Source of the DNA: Octopus vulgaris
Lineage: Eukaryota
Length of the DNA: 64,000 nt
Assembly (NCBI GenBank): GCA_951406725.2
Contig: OX597828.1
Location: forward strand, 31,868,001-31,932,000
Direction: 5' to 3'
Below, in pieces: positions 1 to 13,805 of this stretch (position 1 is its first letter; every line of letters begins with the position of its first letter). A model generated the notes under the pieces. That model saw nothing but the letters and a program-made list of their open reading frames with translations, did not search any database and was not told the origin of the DNA. The position numbers and the translations under genes were made by a program.

Positions 1-29
1 CCGTATGAGATTTTGTAATTGAAATATAT

Positions 30-425
30 TCTTTTAGTCTTTTACGTATTTCTGTCATTTTGACAGTGGCGACGCAGGAACACGGCCTGAAATTGTCTTA
101 ATCGAACAAGTCGACACCAGGATCTATTTTTGAAGCTTAGTACCAACTCTATGGGCCACTTTTATCGAACCACTGCCTTACGGGGACGTAAACACACGGA
201 TACCTGCTTACATGGTGACAGTGACAAACACACACACACCCACACACATACAATATTTGTGGGGGTCGGGCTTCTTTCAGTTTCCGTCAACCAAATCAAG
301 TCACAAGAATTTGGTCGGCCCAAGATTATGATATAAAGCCTTTGCCCAATGTGCCTCACAGCGGGACTGAACCCGGAGTCATGTGGTTGGGAGGCACGCT
401 TCTCGACATGCAGCCACTTTCGCAA
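30..425 (-). mobile_element. tRNA-derived SINE, family A (older, diverged copy)
   Basis: Aligns with 9188-9658 and 30013-30420: ctttcagtttccgtcaaccaaatc...tttggtcggccc...ttgcccaatgtgcc...gggactgaacccgg; internal (CA)n. Confidence 0.85.
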
Positions 426-1715
426 TAAATTTGCAATCTACAATAAATTTGTTATACAAATACAATACACAATATATTTTAATAATAATTTGTATCATAT
501 AATCCCTAATACATGTTTTAAAATAAATAATAGGACTTTTTTAAAACATCGAAAGACTAGAAGAGTTCATACGAATTAATATATTGTTGAGAATCATACA
601 CACGAACATCCTTTTAGTAACCACCGACACCCGCCTGGGAACATCACAGCAGAAGATGAACAAATTTCTATGCTAAAAGCACATGCCCGAGTAATATCTC
701 CCACTCCCCCCCAAAAACACGAACTACTCTGAATAACAGCCGTAACTAGTAAAGATGACCAGCTTAAACAAACCACCTGAATTCATTCATTTGTGAACTC
801 CTAAAAAATTGGATTACAAAAAAGTTGACACACTTAATTTCTAAGATTTTAAGTAATTGACTAAACTTTCAACCTTACATTGCCAAAGCAAAGGTTTAAA
901 TCCGAAAGAAAAATAATAAGAAACAAACAATAACTATAACTACTAACACTTCGCCTACCTACCGGCAAACAGAGAAACACGACTAAATATTTACATTTGT
1001 TTTCAAATTTCTACACATGCAAATAAATTCTAAACAATAAAATAATCCCCAAATTTAATGAAGATAAATTACTTCAAAACACTCCTCCATAACAATCCAC
1101 TTAGTTAACATTCTACTCGAAATCTGACACCCAAGAGAGGATTTAAAATAAAGGTTACCTCTAATACATTGCAGTCCAACGATGACTTCATTGCCAGAAC
1201 TTCGAGGTCACTAACAATGCATGTATTAATTCATATTTATTACATTTATACGTTTTGTTTTTACGCTGTATTCCTCGAAGTGTCTTATAAGAACGAAACT
1301 AGATCATGTGGTTTATGCAATTCTATGTCATATGCGCATGATATTGGTGTAAAAACACAAGGAGTTTATGTAACGTGAAATTACCAATTTAAAACTACAC
1401 AGGAATATGTTGAATTATACAAATTGATGTTTTAAATAATAACTATATTTCAAGAAGAATTTGAGTGAAAGAGAATATCATCATTTTCTCTGTGAAGTAA
1501 AATTTAAATGCATATTGCCATTAAAATTTAGATGTTCAATAATATATGGAAATAAGAATATAAAAACAGATACGCATAACAGTAGCAAAGTGTTTCCATG
1601 AGAGGGTATGTGTTCAACAGCTAAAGAAATGCTAATTATGCGTCTACAAATATCAAAATGACAAAAAATGTGTGTGTCAGAGGAATACAGATAAAAAAAT
1701 CACGCCTGCATAATG

Positions 1716-2043
<328 letters not shown>

Positions 2044-3026
2044 CCGCATACATATTTAAAACTCATACATACATATGGGTGTTCACGTGCGCGCCCACAC
2101 GCACGCACACACGCACACACGCGCACACGTATATACAATTGACTGCGTATATAATTTTTGTAGCTGAGTATGTAATGGTGTATATATACATGGCTGAACA
2201 TATGTGAAAGGCATCGATATTTTACATTTGAAGAAACAATTTATAAAACCGTAAATTGCGCCTGATATAGTTTTAGTTTTTGTTCATACTTCTTACAAAT
2301 CATGTAAACTATACCTGATGCGAACAAAGCAAATTTCGTTTATAATAATTATTTATGATGTGAATCGTGCCTTGCATCGTACCTATTTTATTTTTACGTC
2401 ATGCCTTTACTGACGTTTAAAGCAAGATATTTCAATACAATCTATGATGATTGCAACGAGAATATTGAAGTTTGAGAATTAATAGCACACTTTTCAGGAT
2501 TTCAGTTTGTATCTCTTTACTTTTTTTTATATTTTATTTCCTTTCAACATATAATAAAATTTAATACAATATATTTCTACGCAATATTTTCTTAATGTAT
2601 GATTGATTACTCCAAAATATATTCCGATATAATGACGACAATTGATTACATTCGTGCGCTATAAAATAACTTCAGTTGAAATGTAAATATAACGGTGGAA
2701 AAAAAAATCAATTCTGTTTAACCTATAGTGCTAATAAAGACACAAATTTATTGCATCCACATTTAATACGAAAATAATTATCATTGTCCAAACTGTTTCA
2801 CACATTCCAATCAAAGAGAATATATTTAAATTCTTGATTTTGACATATATAAAAGTACACGTGCGTTGGCAGATATGATGGAGCACTCACACAAATACAC
2901 ACACATACACATACACACAAACACACACATACTGGAATGTGTCTTTCATTTTCCCTCACACAAACACTCTCCATTACATATATACATGCATACATACGTA
3001 TTTCGAATGCGCATAGTGTTGTTTAT

Positions 3027-3096
<70 letters not shown>

Positions 3097-3819
3097 CATA
3101 TTCGAATGTACATTTATGAGTGTGTGTGTGTGAGTATATATATATGTATACATATATTAGGTGTGTGTGTGTGTGTATTTATATATATGTATATAATTTG
3201 TTCCGAGTTCTGGAAGTCGGGGCGGAAACCCACGCCGGCATCTCTTCAGTTATCGGGCCATCGAAAAAGATGGTATTAAAACACACGGAGTTTATCATGG
3301 CTACCGACGAATTGTAACATATATTTGCAGATAAATTCCTCTATTTACATATTATCGAGTTCTCTTTCATTCTTTTGTTGACTTGACATTTCTATCAATA
3401 TATATATTTACATACATATGGGGCCGGCCAATTTGGAGCACTCTCGAGTGTAACCGGCCAAAACTACTAAGATGATCTGGGAAACGACTGACGATAGGAA
3501 GCTCCAAATAACCTGTTCTTGTTTTTGCATGTTTGTGTCTGTCCGGATGCTTTGTTGTCACCTGTTACGTTTTTGTTCCATTACATATATATGTAATAAT
3601 AGAATATTTGTTGGAGTTTCGATCTACTAAACTATCAACAGATGATGACGTAGCCTGCCGGAACTCCGAACTCTCTGTCAACATGTCAACATCTCTCTGT
3701 GTAAGAATAAGAAATTTCTACTCTGCAGAAGTATAGACCAATCGATCAGATTAATGTGTAAATGTCTTTCGTATAACGGAACATATCAGCCAACATTACT
3801 ATAGACAGACAGTCAGATA

Positions 3820-3968
3820 TATGTATATATATATATATATATAGATAGATAGATAGATAGATAGATACATACATACATAGATAGACAGACAAACAGATAC
3901 ATACATGCATACATACATACATACATACATACATACATACATACATACATACATACATACATAGACAG
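3820..3968. repeat. Compound (TA)n-(TAGA)n-(TACA)n microsatellite
   Basis: Directly visible. Confidence 0.95.
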
Positions 3969-4179
3969 ATATTCAAGTTTGCAGGTACATACTGAGATCT
4001 CACAAATCCATGTTCTCAAAATAAGGGTTGTTGTCTGAATCGAATCGATCTTGTAAATGCAACGATCCAAGAATTTTGTGAAGACCTGCACTATGAATAG
4101 GTAATAGTTCCACATGAAGAAATATACAACAATATTTATACATATAGACATATACATGTTTAGATACACACACGTCAAT

Positions 4180-4196
4180 AAATATATATAAATATA

Positions 4197-4271
<75 letters not shown>

Positions 4272-4275
4272 ATGT

Positions 4276-4335
<60 letters not shown>
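4180..4335. repeat. Compound (TA)n/(TG)n microsatellite
   Basis: Directly visible. Confidence 0.95.
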
Positions 4336-4338
<3 letters not shown>

Positions 4339-5576
4339 GATGTATGCATGTACGTATACGTCCATGAATTTGTGCTGCAAGATTCCTGATGTGAAACCGT
4401 GTGTTGAAACAGGTATTGTTATATTTCGGGACGGTCATTTTTATTTTGGTTTTTGCCAAATAAACATATGAACTATATATTCGTTCTTTTCTCCCTTTAT
4501 TACTGTTTTTATTTTATTTCATATTCATTGTCCGGAAATCTTTCGTCACACATTCGTACACTCCTCATTGATCGCTCCCGTCCATGTGTATGCTCCCGTT
4601 CCACTTAGTCTATTCTGTCCTTTGACGATATGTACCCTCATCTGCGCATCCGTTTTTGTCTGTATCTGTGAGTGTCACCGTTTGTGTGCGTACGCGTGTT
4701 TCCTTGAGTTCCGCATTTGTTTTTGTGTGTACGTGGGCTTACCCACTAGATTGTTTGTATCCGGTGGTAACAATGTAAAGGGCATGGATACACTGTTGTG
4801 GACAAGCCCATATAGACGTACACAAGCACATAGATAGGCGGACAAACACGCACGCCCCCCTACACACACAAACTCGCACATACACTCACTCACGCGCGCG
4901 TGAGAGTATGTTTGTGCTTAAGCACACATATACACAACTGTATGTATGTATCCATACGAACTTGTTTGTATACTTGCCTCCATATATGCCAATAACGCCG
5001 TTACACAGATTGTATACATAATTTTTTCCTAATTCGTTTTTTTCCCCACTCCTCCTTCGTTCCTTTTTCTCTCTCTTCCTTTCTTTCGTTCCCCCCCTTA
5101 CTCAGTATATGAGAATCGCTACATACATGATTTTTAACTTGCGTGCGAGATGGTTTTGCGTGAATATATGTACACATGCATTTATGTGTATATTTAGATT
5201 TATATTCATACGTCTGTATATGTATGGCGTTGGCGCGCATCCTTTTTGTGTATGTTGATATATATATGCACATTTTAATAAAAATATGTATTGCAGTGTA
5301 ATATTTATAACCGGTTTAATTCCTATGAATTAATTTATACTTTCTTCATTAATGTCAATATGTATTTTATTCAATGTAAGGTTTTTCCTCGGATTTTATA
5401 ATTTTTATAAGTTTTTTTATATATATATACATATATTTTTGACCTTTTTGTTTATCGCTCGAAGATTGACCGTTTTTTTTCTAAAGGGCCAATCAAACAA
5501 GTCCATTTCTTTTTAAAGGTGTAGCGTTTGTAAGAGTCTAGATTGAATTGATATATCAGTTCCATTCTAGCAAAAA

Positions 5577-5614
5577 CTGTCTGATGAACGGCAACGAGAA
5601 ACTCAGAGTAACAG
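5577..5614 (+). ncRNA. Minimal type I hammerhead ribozyme motif
   Basis: ctgt-CTGATGA-a-cg(gcaa)cg-a-GAA-ACTC-a-GAGT-A-acag: stem I ctgt/acag, intact core, GNRA-capped stem II, near-palindromic stem III, GUA cleavage triplet; followed by AATAAA and a (TA)n tract. Confidence 0.75.
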
Positions 5615-5647
5615 ATTTTGTTGAATTTTCTGCTGCTTAAAATAAAG

Positions 5648-5664
5648 TATATATATATATATAT

Positions 5665-5740
<76 letters not shown>

Positions 5741-5775
5741 GTAGATAGAGAGAGAGAAAGAGAGACAGATAGAGA
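5648..5775. repeat. (TA)n-(TAGA)n-(GA)n microsatellite
   Basis: Directly visible. Confidence 0.95.
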
Positions 5776-6348
5776 CAAATACACGCATATAAATTTACTT
5801 TCACACGATGCAAAGGGAATGAATTCGAGTAACTATTAAGTTACTCAAAAAACTGTTAACTTGCTTTTTTGTTAAGGTATGGATGAACTGAGTTCAGTTT
5901 TAGCCTCCCAATTCTTATAAATACCAAGTAGCCAGCTATTTAACTCGCTTTGTGATCGTGAGAGCACCAAACCACAGGTCTTCGTGACCTTACGTTTTCG
6001 TGGATGATTCTATGAGCGAGTGTACACGCGACATGCTGATTGCGCGAGGGCGTTTATACATCCATATTTGCTTACGGTTATTTTTAATACTTTCTTCGCT
6101 GTGTAGCGTATTCGTTAGATTTTTTTTTTGTTTTTTTTTTTGCATCTAGATTTTATTTCTGACCTTCTATGTAAATGAAGATATTTCCTTCTCTTCGCTG
6201 CTTTTCTTTCTACTAAATGAGAACATGCATTACAGAGGAATTATTTTAACGAGTTCTGGTCCTACTCGTGGGGGTGGAGGCTAGATATAGCAAACCAATT
6301 GTGATTAATAACGAATTCTCGTATATTCCATCTTCCGTATTTAATTTA

Positions 6349-6389
<41 letters not shown>

Positions 6390-7000
6390 CTTTCAACTTT
6401 TACCGGTTTCAGCCCAGGGCAGAAGAGGACATGCTGGTGCTCCACTTGTAGTTACTGTGTGTTGCTTCTAGTATTGCTTTTGGTGAAGTAGCGAGTTGGA
6501 CGGAGCAACTTATCTTTGTGTCTCCGGCTGCGATGTGGGTTCACCTGGTATCTTAGATAGAAACCGGCCCAGACATTCCTTGGAAACTTCCACATCAACA
6601 CCATGTAGATCTCCAATGTTTCCTGGCAGGATATTGAACAATTGCGGGCCCTTGAAACCTAGACTATTGCAGTACTGTGTCATTATTTTAGATGTGGAAG
6701 ACGGGATCTTTAATATGATGCAATATATTGTAGTTCGAGGACTGGTATAGCAGTCAATTTCAAAATTGGGGGCTAAATCGTCCAAGATTTCCAAATATAT
6801 ATCACCACATATCTGTCTCGTCTTCTCTCCAGGGAATAGAAACTCGGCTCCTTTAGCCTCACCCAGTAGCCCATCTCTAGCATGTAGTCAAACTTCTTTG
6901 AATATTGGCGCTGGATTGCTTTGAATTCCACAGTTTGTTTCATATTTTCTGGGGAACATAGTTTGGACCAGCAGTCCAAGCGGCTCAGATGAAAGGAGTC
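6390..7000 (-). mobile_element. 5'-truncated CR1/Jockey-group LINE, 3' end (RT C-terminal region + 3' UTR), frameshifted
   Basis: ORFs 6773-6979 and 6510-6794 join to IQRQYSKK...YWVRLKE.SFYSLERRRDRYVVIYIWK/ILDDLAPNF...SLGFKGPQLFNILP...FLSKIPGEP, the typical CR1-like ORF2 C-terminus. Confidence 0.85.
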
Positions 7001-7057
7001 GACAATGGAGTGCTTGAAATGTCATAGCATTGAACTGCATGTTATGTTTGTTAGCCC

Positions 7058-7126
<69 letters not shown>

Positions 7127-7833
7127 TATGTACAAACGCATATATTTATAGAAATGTTTCTGTGTATTTGCGCGTGTGCTTGTGTGTGCATGTGTATGCA
7201 AGGTATATATTTTCCCGCCTACAGTGTGACCTGTTATAATTCACAGATAGGTATGTGTTTTCGCCTCAGAGTGTACACGCGCCAAGAGTTATTTATACAT
7301 TGCATAAGATTTAATGGACACATCGGAAAAGTTGAGAAATTAAAGGATAATCTAGGGTAGAGCTTAGTGCTAACATTCAACATGCAAAACAATGCTAATG
7401 CAACTTCATTTCCAGACGTAAACATTAGGATTAAAGAAGAGATATGTTGAAGGCGATATATTATATCCATCTACACAAAAGCGAGTTACAAATGCCTGTA
7501 CCTACATGGAGAAAGCAACCGTCCTTATAAAGATAAGAATTTTAGCGTCTCTTCTACAAAGGAATCAACGTGTGAATAAATACTTATAGTAAGAGCAACA
7601 CTAAATATCAACGATTCAAATAGATTAGTAGATAAAAGCTAGAGATCGATATTGGCAAAAGTACAAAACAAATACATTCGAAAGTATTTCTACTAAAGTT
7701 ATACAATGTACTGAGAAATTATACTGTAGGAAACAAATGTATGCCAAGTGTAAATGGAGATACAGTTAATCAAATATTTCATAAAACAAAACATTTATTA
7801 CTTCATAAAAAACTATAAACTGCCCGTAATATT

Positions 7834-8046
7834 CTTTTCTGTTCTAGGAACAAGGCCCGACATTTTGGGGGAGAGGGCCAGTCGATTAGATCGATATCAG
7901 TACGTAACTGGTACTTAATTTATCGGTCTCGAAAGGATGAATGGCAAAGTCGACCTCGGCGGAATTTGAACTTAGAACGTAAATACAGGGGAAATACCGG
8001 TGAGCGTTTTGCCCAGCGTGCTAACGTCTCTGCCAGCTCGGCTCCC
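7834..8046 (-). mobile_element. SINE family B with 18-bp TSD
   Basis: Core gaaaggatga.ggcaaagtcgacctcggcggaatttgaac; TSD taaactgcccgtaatatt (7816-7833) / taaacttcctgtaatatt (8047-8064). Confidence 0.9.
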
Positions 8047-8069
8047 TAAACTTCCTGTAATATTATACT

Positions 8070-8410
8070 ACAAGTATTTCGTCTGTCTACACGTTCTGAG
8101 TTTCCGTCGATGCCTACTTTACGTTTCATTCATTCGGGGTCGACAAATTAAGTACCAGCTGCATACCTAGGTGGATATAATTGACTGTCCCCTCTACAAA
8201 ATTTCGGGCCTTCTACCCAGAATACTGTGGGTAATTTATGATTGCATGAAGTAATAAATGTTCTGCTTCATGTAATGTTTGATTACCTGTATTTCCGTTT
8301 AAACATGGCATTTATTCGGGGTCGACAAAATAAGCACCAGTTAAGCACTAGTGTCTATATAATCGACGAACACCCTGCCTCGAAATTTCTGGCCCTGTGC
8401 CAAAATTATA
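8070..8410 (+). mobile_element. Two degenerate partial SINE family B copies
   Basis: ttcggggtcgacaaattaagtaccag (~8132) and ttcggggtcgacaaaataagcaccag (~8315), each followed by an aaatttc.ggcc tail. Confidence 0.75.
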
Positions 8411-8677
8411 AATCAGTATTGTACGACAAGAAAAATAAGATCAAACCATATTAACAACGCGTCACAAGAATATTAACCTGAAAGCAAGCTAGCATTAACA
8501 CATGCAAATTATAAATATGATTGTAGAAAGTTGAATATTTCATGATTTCAGTGTTATATTGTACAGAAAATTGCAACGTTCATTTGAACGCACATGATAC
8601 ATTTGTAAGCAGGTGCTATTGTAACATGCTGTGCCGCACAATCACAAAATAGCGCCAAGCTGAGAAAATGCTAATAA

Positions 8678-8715
<38 letters not shown>

Positions 8716-9121
8716 AAATATCGAGAGAGAGAGAAAGAAAGACAGACAGGGAGTGAGAGAGGTATTGATTATGAGAGCAACACTCGTAATTCTACCTAAG
8801 TCATAAATTAACGGAAAAATAACACATCTGCATTGCACACACCAGGAGGAGCCACCTATAAATTGTAGCTCGAACACCCAAAACAAGAATTTGATGAAGT
8901 GTATCTCCAATGCTATAAAGTGTAAATGCTATCTGTCATTTTCCATTAATAAATCAAATTTTGGAAGAACAAAACTCATTATGTGTAAATCAACGGCAGT
9001 ACCCTATAGACTGAAAACGAGGATAATCTTTCCCGGGCGTAGTTAAGAAGAGGTTAATGTGAGAAATCTGTTGTTCTTATTACAAGATGCCGCCATAGAG
9101 ATGCGAAAATCCTTAATATAA

Positions 9122-9187
9122 CACTAAGGTACATTACAAAATACAACACTGATGTATATTACAAAATGTAGCACTAAGGTATATTAC
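9122..9187. repeat. Short ~25-bp tandem repeat (about 2.5 units) abutting a SINE
   Basis: cactaaggtacattacaaaatacaa / cactgatgtatattacaaaatgtag / cactaaggtatattac. Confidence 0.65.
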
Positions 9188-9407
9188 TCTTTACTCTTTA
9201 CTCTTTTACTTGTTTCTGTCATTTGACTGTGGCCATGCTGGAGCACCGGCTTTAATCGAGCAACTCGACCCCGGGACTTCTTCTTTTGTAAGCCCGGTAC
9301 TTATTCTATCGGTCTGTCTTGCCGAACCGCTAAGTAACGGGGACATAAACGCACCAGCATCGATTGTCAAGCAATGCTAGGGGGACAAACACAGACACAC
9401 AAACACG

Positions 9408-9496
<89 letters not shown>

Positions 9497-9658
9497 CATA
9501 TATACGACGGGCTTCTTTCAGTTTCCGTCTACCAAATCCACTCACAAGGTTTTGGTCGGCCCGAGGCTATAGTAGAAGACACTCGCCCAAGATGCCACGC
9601 AGTGGGACTGAACCCGGAACCATGTGGTTGGTAAACAAGCTACTTACCACACAGCTAC
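9188..9658 (-). mobile_element. SINE family A, near full length, internal (TA)n, 9-bp TSD
   Basis: tRNA-like head with B-box ggttcagtccc, then cttgggcgagtgtctt; 3' tail gctccagcatggccacagtcaaatgacagaaac + (GAGTAAA)n; TSD gtatattac at 9179-9187 and 9659-9667. Confidence 0.92.
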
Positions 9659-9779
9659 GTATATTACAAAGTTTTGTAGTCATTTTTCTCGTTATTGGGG
9701 CTATATGATTCTTTATATAGATTGTAATCTTATGCTGACGATCTGGCAAAATCAATAACACTCCGAACAAAATGCTTAT

Positions 9780-9915
9780 CGACATTTCGTCCGCTTTTAC
9801 ACTCTGTGTTCAAATGCCACCGAGGTCGTGTTTGCCATTCATCCTTTCAGGTTTCATAAAATAACTACGGCTCGAGTACTGACGTCGATGTAATCCACGT
9901 ACTCTCTCCAACTTT
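9780..9915 (+). mobile_element. Degenerate SINE family B fragment
   Basis: gttcaaatgccaccgaggtcgtgtttgccattcatcctttc matches the family B core. Confidence 0.7.
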
Positions 9916-10801
9916 GAGACTAATATTCTTCTCGGCTCTCCATAAAATAATTCCTTATCTATTTGTATCTTTCCTGAAACAGATGCAATCGTGTATCCAC
10001 CTTTAGTTTGTGAAATATTTTTAACTGTGCTTAGCAAATGAGTCTTCATTTGAAAATTTCTTTTAGAAGAGTGAACACCAGATGTTTCATTAGCACAACT
10101 ACTCTTTGTGATTGGTGTATACAATTTAACATACTTTATAAATTTCTCATACCGGCTTTGCATCGCTCCTAATCAAGAAAACATTATTTAGAAAGAAAAC
10201 TGCCACAAATATATAATTAGCAACAACATTACATGAATAAATTTCAAGTTCGCTAGCTTGTCATAACTCTGTTTCTTCGAATGCTTAATTAGTGATAGCT
10301 GTAAATGAGTTACATTCAAGATTTCAAACAAACATTTAAATAACTGCTTCGTTAGATGAATGCGCGCCTTTGTTTCAAATTAAACAGGGAATATGTTATT
10401 AATATTTTATTGACAAATATAGTGAAAGGAGCTTACATAACTCAGTAATCGAATGATAATAAAAAATGAGTTTAAATTCCTTATGTAGTCACCTAAATAT
10501 CAATAATGGTTACAGGCATATATGCACAATTGCAAATAGGCACACACGTGTTCACATACTGAAATAACGAAATGTTTGTTAATGCGAGTTTGTGAAAGAA
10601 GGTACATATTTATTTTTAATCCAGCTAGAAGCCGTATCATATTGAATCTCTCTCCTTCCATTCTTATGCCTAATTAAATTAATGCTGAAGTACTCGTCAA
10701 ACAATGCGTGTGTTTTATTGGCAAAATGATCGTCCCTAAATATAACATCTGTTTCAAAACCCGATTTTACTTGACGTATGTTGCAAACCAGTCTTGATGC
10801 A

Positions 10802-10878
<77 letters not shown>

Positions 10879-11156
10879 ATACAATTGACAAGCCAATGAT
10901 TCATTTATATTATAATATAATATACTGAAATTTTTTTATATAATATAACATAAACTATTATTAAAAAAAAAACAAAAGCCAACAAATTGTTTCGCCCTAT
11001 ATACATTTTGGGATATATAGACAATTCAATTCTCTTATATATGCCTCACCAGTGCCAATAGTTTGAACATGAACGAACTTCCGTGTGGGACGGCTAGATA
11101 AAAAAATAATAGTAATTCAAATGCCTTTGAAATAATTTGTTTTCCTTAGTTTGTTA

Positions 11157-11205
<49 letters not shown>

Positions 11206-11209
11206 TCTC

Positions 11210-11264
<55 letters not shown>

Positions 11265-11699
11265 CATATATGCATATGTGGAGAGCTTAGACAGTTTAAC
11301 AAGCAAGACGCCAGAAATGTCTTGTTACGATAACATGGAGTTCAAAGCGAGGTAAGCAATTATGAAGTTATCACGTTTGGTTTCGACACTGCAGATATGT
11401 TTGTTCCCAATTCAATTGAAGCCGTGATAACCTTTGTAGTCAATTTATTTCCTATTGTTCTTGTTTGCTGTCAGCGCCAAAATAAGTCATGAATTAATTT
11501 AGGTAAGGGAATTTCAATAATAATCGTTTGATCTCTTTGTTTCTCGCATGCTCACTCATACCATCCCTTATAATCCTATAATCGTGAAGTTATATTTGTA
11601 AAATAATACTTACACAACTACGTTGGCTTCATCCATCGACTGCAGAGTCTCGAACATCATGTGATGCACTTAGTACATGTCGCTCACTCACCTTCTTCA

Positions 11700-11850
11700 C
11701 CGGGGAAATGGATGGCATTTTCATACTTCCCTAACCCGATGAAACCTTTTCTATACTAGATAGAGAATTCTAATAACCCTGATCGGTATATCGAGTTCAG
11801 TATAGAAAGACCTGACAACTTTGGTAACCTGTCCCTATACGTATTTCGAA
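11700..11850 (+). pseudogene. Possible highly decayed Penelope-like RT fragment
   Basis: Reads MDGIFILP*PDETFSIL... then, after a frameshift, NNPDRYIEFSIERPDNFGNLSL; resembles PLE RT 'YxDDIF...N...I.F.IE....G.L.FLD'. Confidence 0.4.
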
Positions 11851-12361
11851 TTACCATTACGGATATGAGAAAATTGACACAGGGCTCTACTGGAAGCAGT
11901 CAGACGAGAAGCCTTAGTTTGTTAAAAGTCGGCCTTCGTCAGTGCTTAGACCAGTTGCATGCAGAACGCACTCACAATATCGATAACAAATGTACTGAGT
12001 GTCAGCTGGGTCTTCCGCCTGCCAAGTTTCATTCGATTTCATTCGATACATCTCAAATAAACGTAGCAAAAGGAATTTCTTTAGCTATTGCTTCCTGAAG
12101 AATCCTCATTTCAAAAGTTGACCACCATAGTCATCAGTTTCGATATGCTACTTGCCCATTCGAGACTGTCAATGCCAGTCAATGAAGTGATCTGGTGCGG
12201 AAGAACACCTGCATTTTAGTGAACGGTCTTACCCGTGACGCTAGTAAGTGTTAGCACACATAAGTAATTTACCAACAACGGGGTTCCAAATGCTGTAACT
12301 ATTACATCAGTGACTATTACATAGAATTCAACCGTTCCACATCCGATTGAAATAATACCTA

Positions 12362-12568
12362 TTTCTTTACTACCCACAAGGGGCTAAACACAGACAGGGC
12401 AAACAAGGACAGACAAGCAGATTAATTCGGTTATATCGACCCCAGTGTGTAACTGGTACTTATTTAATCGACCCCGAAAGGATGAAAGGCAAAGTCGACC
12501 TCGGCGGAATTTGAACTCAGAACGGCAACCCATTTCGCCCGGCATGCTATCATTTCTGCCAGCTCGAC
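12362..12568 (-). mobile_element. SINE family B (internal deletion) with TSD
   Basis: Near-identical to 49767-50000; flanking direct repeat cgattgaaataatacct at 12344-12360 and 12568-12584. Confidence 0.92.
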
Positions 12569-12900
12569 GATTGAAATAATACCTAACTACAAAAGTGGCT
12601 TCCTTCTGCAAGCACGTACTGATATATATTAATACCACCAACAGAATAGACATTTGCTGCACCGGTCACGGAGAGAATTATAGGCTACCTGCATATCAAA
12701 GAATCCTTGGTGGTCCACAGTCTTAAATCTAAGCACAATGATTGATCAGAGTTAGGCCGGTATGAATATACTCCACTTTCGCTGCCGCTACAACTGATAT
12801 CAACACTACGATGGCGTTGATGCTGTTGCCTAGTAACACCATGTTTTCCGCACCAACGACCAATGCCAGCACAACAGTGATGATAACTGTTGCTGTTGCT

Positions 12901-13251
12901 GATGAGCAAACGGTCTTCGTCCCAGAGCTCGCAAGATGGGGGAAATCCGAAACGTGGTCCTTTGCTATTCGTAAGACCCGTAGAAGAGAAAGCAAGTCAT
13001 CGACGTGTGGATGAATTCACATCCAGGCTCAGCGGTTCTGTAGGAAATCGGGGACAAGAAACAGGAAAAAAGATTGAGAGAAAGGTGAGGCGAAAGAGTA
13101 CAGCAGGGGTCGCCACCACCCCCTGCCCGAGCATCGTGGAGCTTTCTAGGTGTTTTCTCTCAATAAACAGACACACCGCCCGGTCTGGGAATCGAAACCG
13201 CGATCCTCCGACCGCGTGTCCGCTGCCCTAACCACTGGGTCATTGCGCCCC
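12901..13251 (-). mobile_element. tRNA-derived SINE family C, tail variant 1, perfect 14-bp TSD
   Basis: Head ggcgcaatgacccagtggttagggcagcggac...ggtttcgattcccagacc (A/B boxes); TSD ctgttgctgttgct at 12887-12900 and 13252-13265. Confidence 0.92.
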
Positions 13252-13679
13252 CTGTTGCTGTTGCTTGTCACATCTTGTCACCGACTACTAGCAGAATATG
13301 AACTGCTAACGCCACCACCGACTACTTTCATGGTATATACCACCACCACCACCGACACCACCGGCACCACCGGCACCACTAACATAGACAACGGTCTCCT
13401 GCCATCCAACACAACCCTCACTCTGATATCTACGAGCAAAAACACCAGCATTTTGGTGAAACTGCTGCTGCTGAAATCACAGTCGCCGCACAAAGCGGTA
13501 TCATTGCTCGTTCGGTGATCTGAATTGATGACCTAACTTAAAATCCAATTCGTTAACTGTATTATTCCATTGATGGGTCATCGTGTCTACGCTGATTCAG
13601 CTTATCTCTTTGCTTGTAAGCAGCACTCCTCCTTCCTTTGTTATTATGTGTGCGTATGGTGTGTAAGTGTGTGTGTGTG

Positions 13680-13805
13680 TACAACAGGGGTCGCCACCAA
13701 CCCTGCCGGAGCCTCTTGGAGCTTTTAGGTGTTATCGCTCAATAAACACACACAACGCCCGGTCTGAGAATCGAAACTGCGAGTCCGCTGCCCTAACCGC
13801 TTGGC
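13680..13805 (-). mobile_element. Partial SINE family C (5' head)
   Basis: caggggtcgccacca...gagcttttaggtgtt...ctcaataaacacacacaacgcccggtctg...gtccgctgccctaacc matches the copies at 13.1 and 18.6 kb. Confidence 0.85.
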
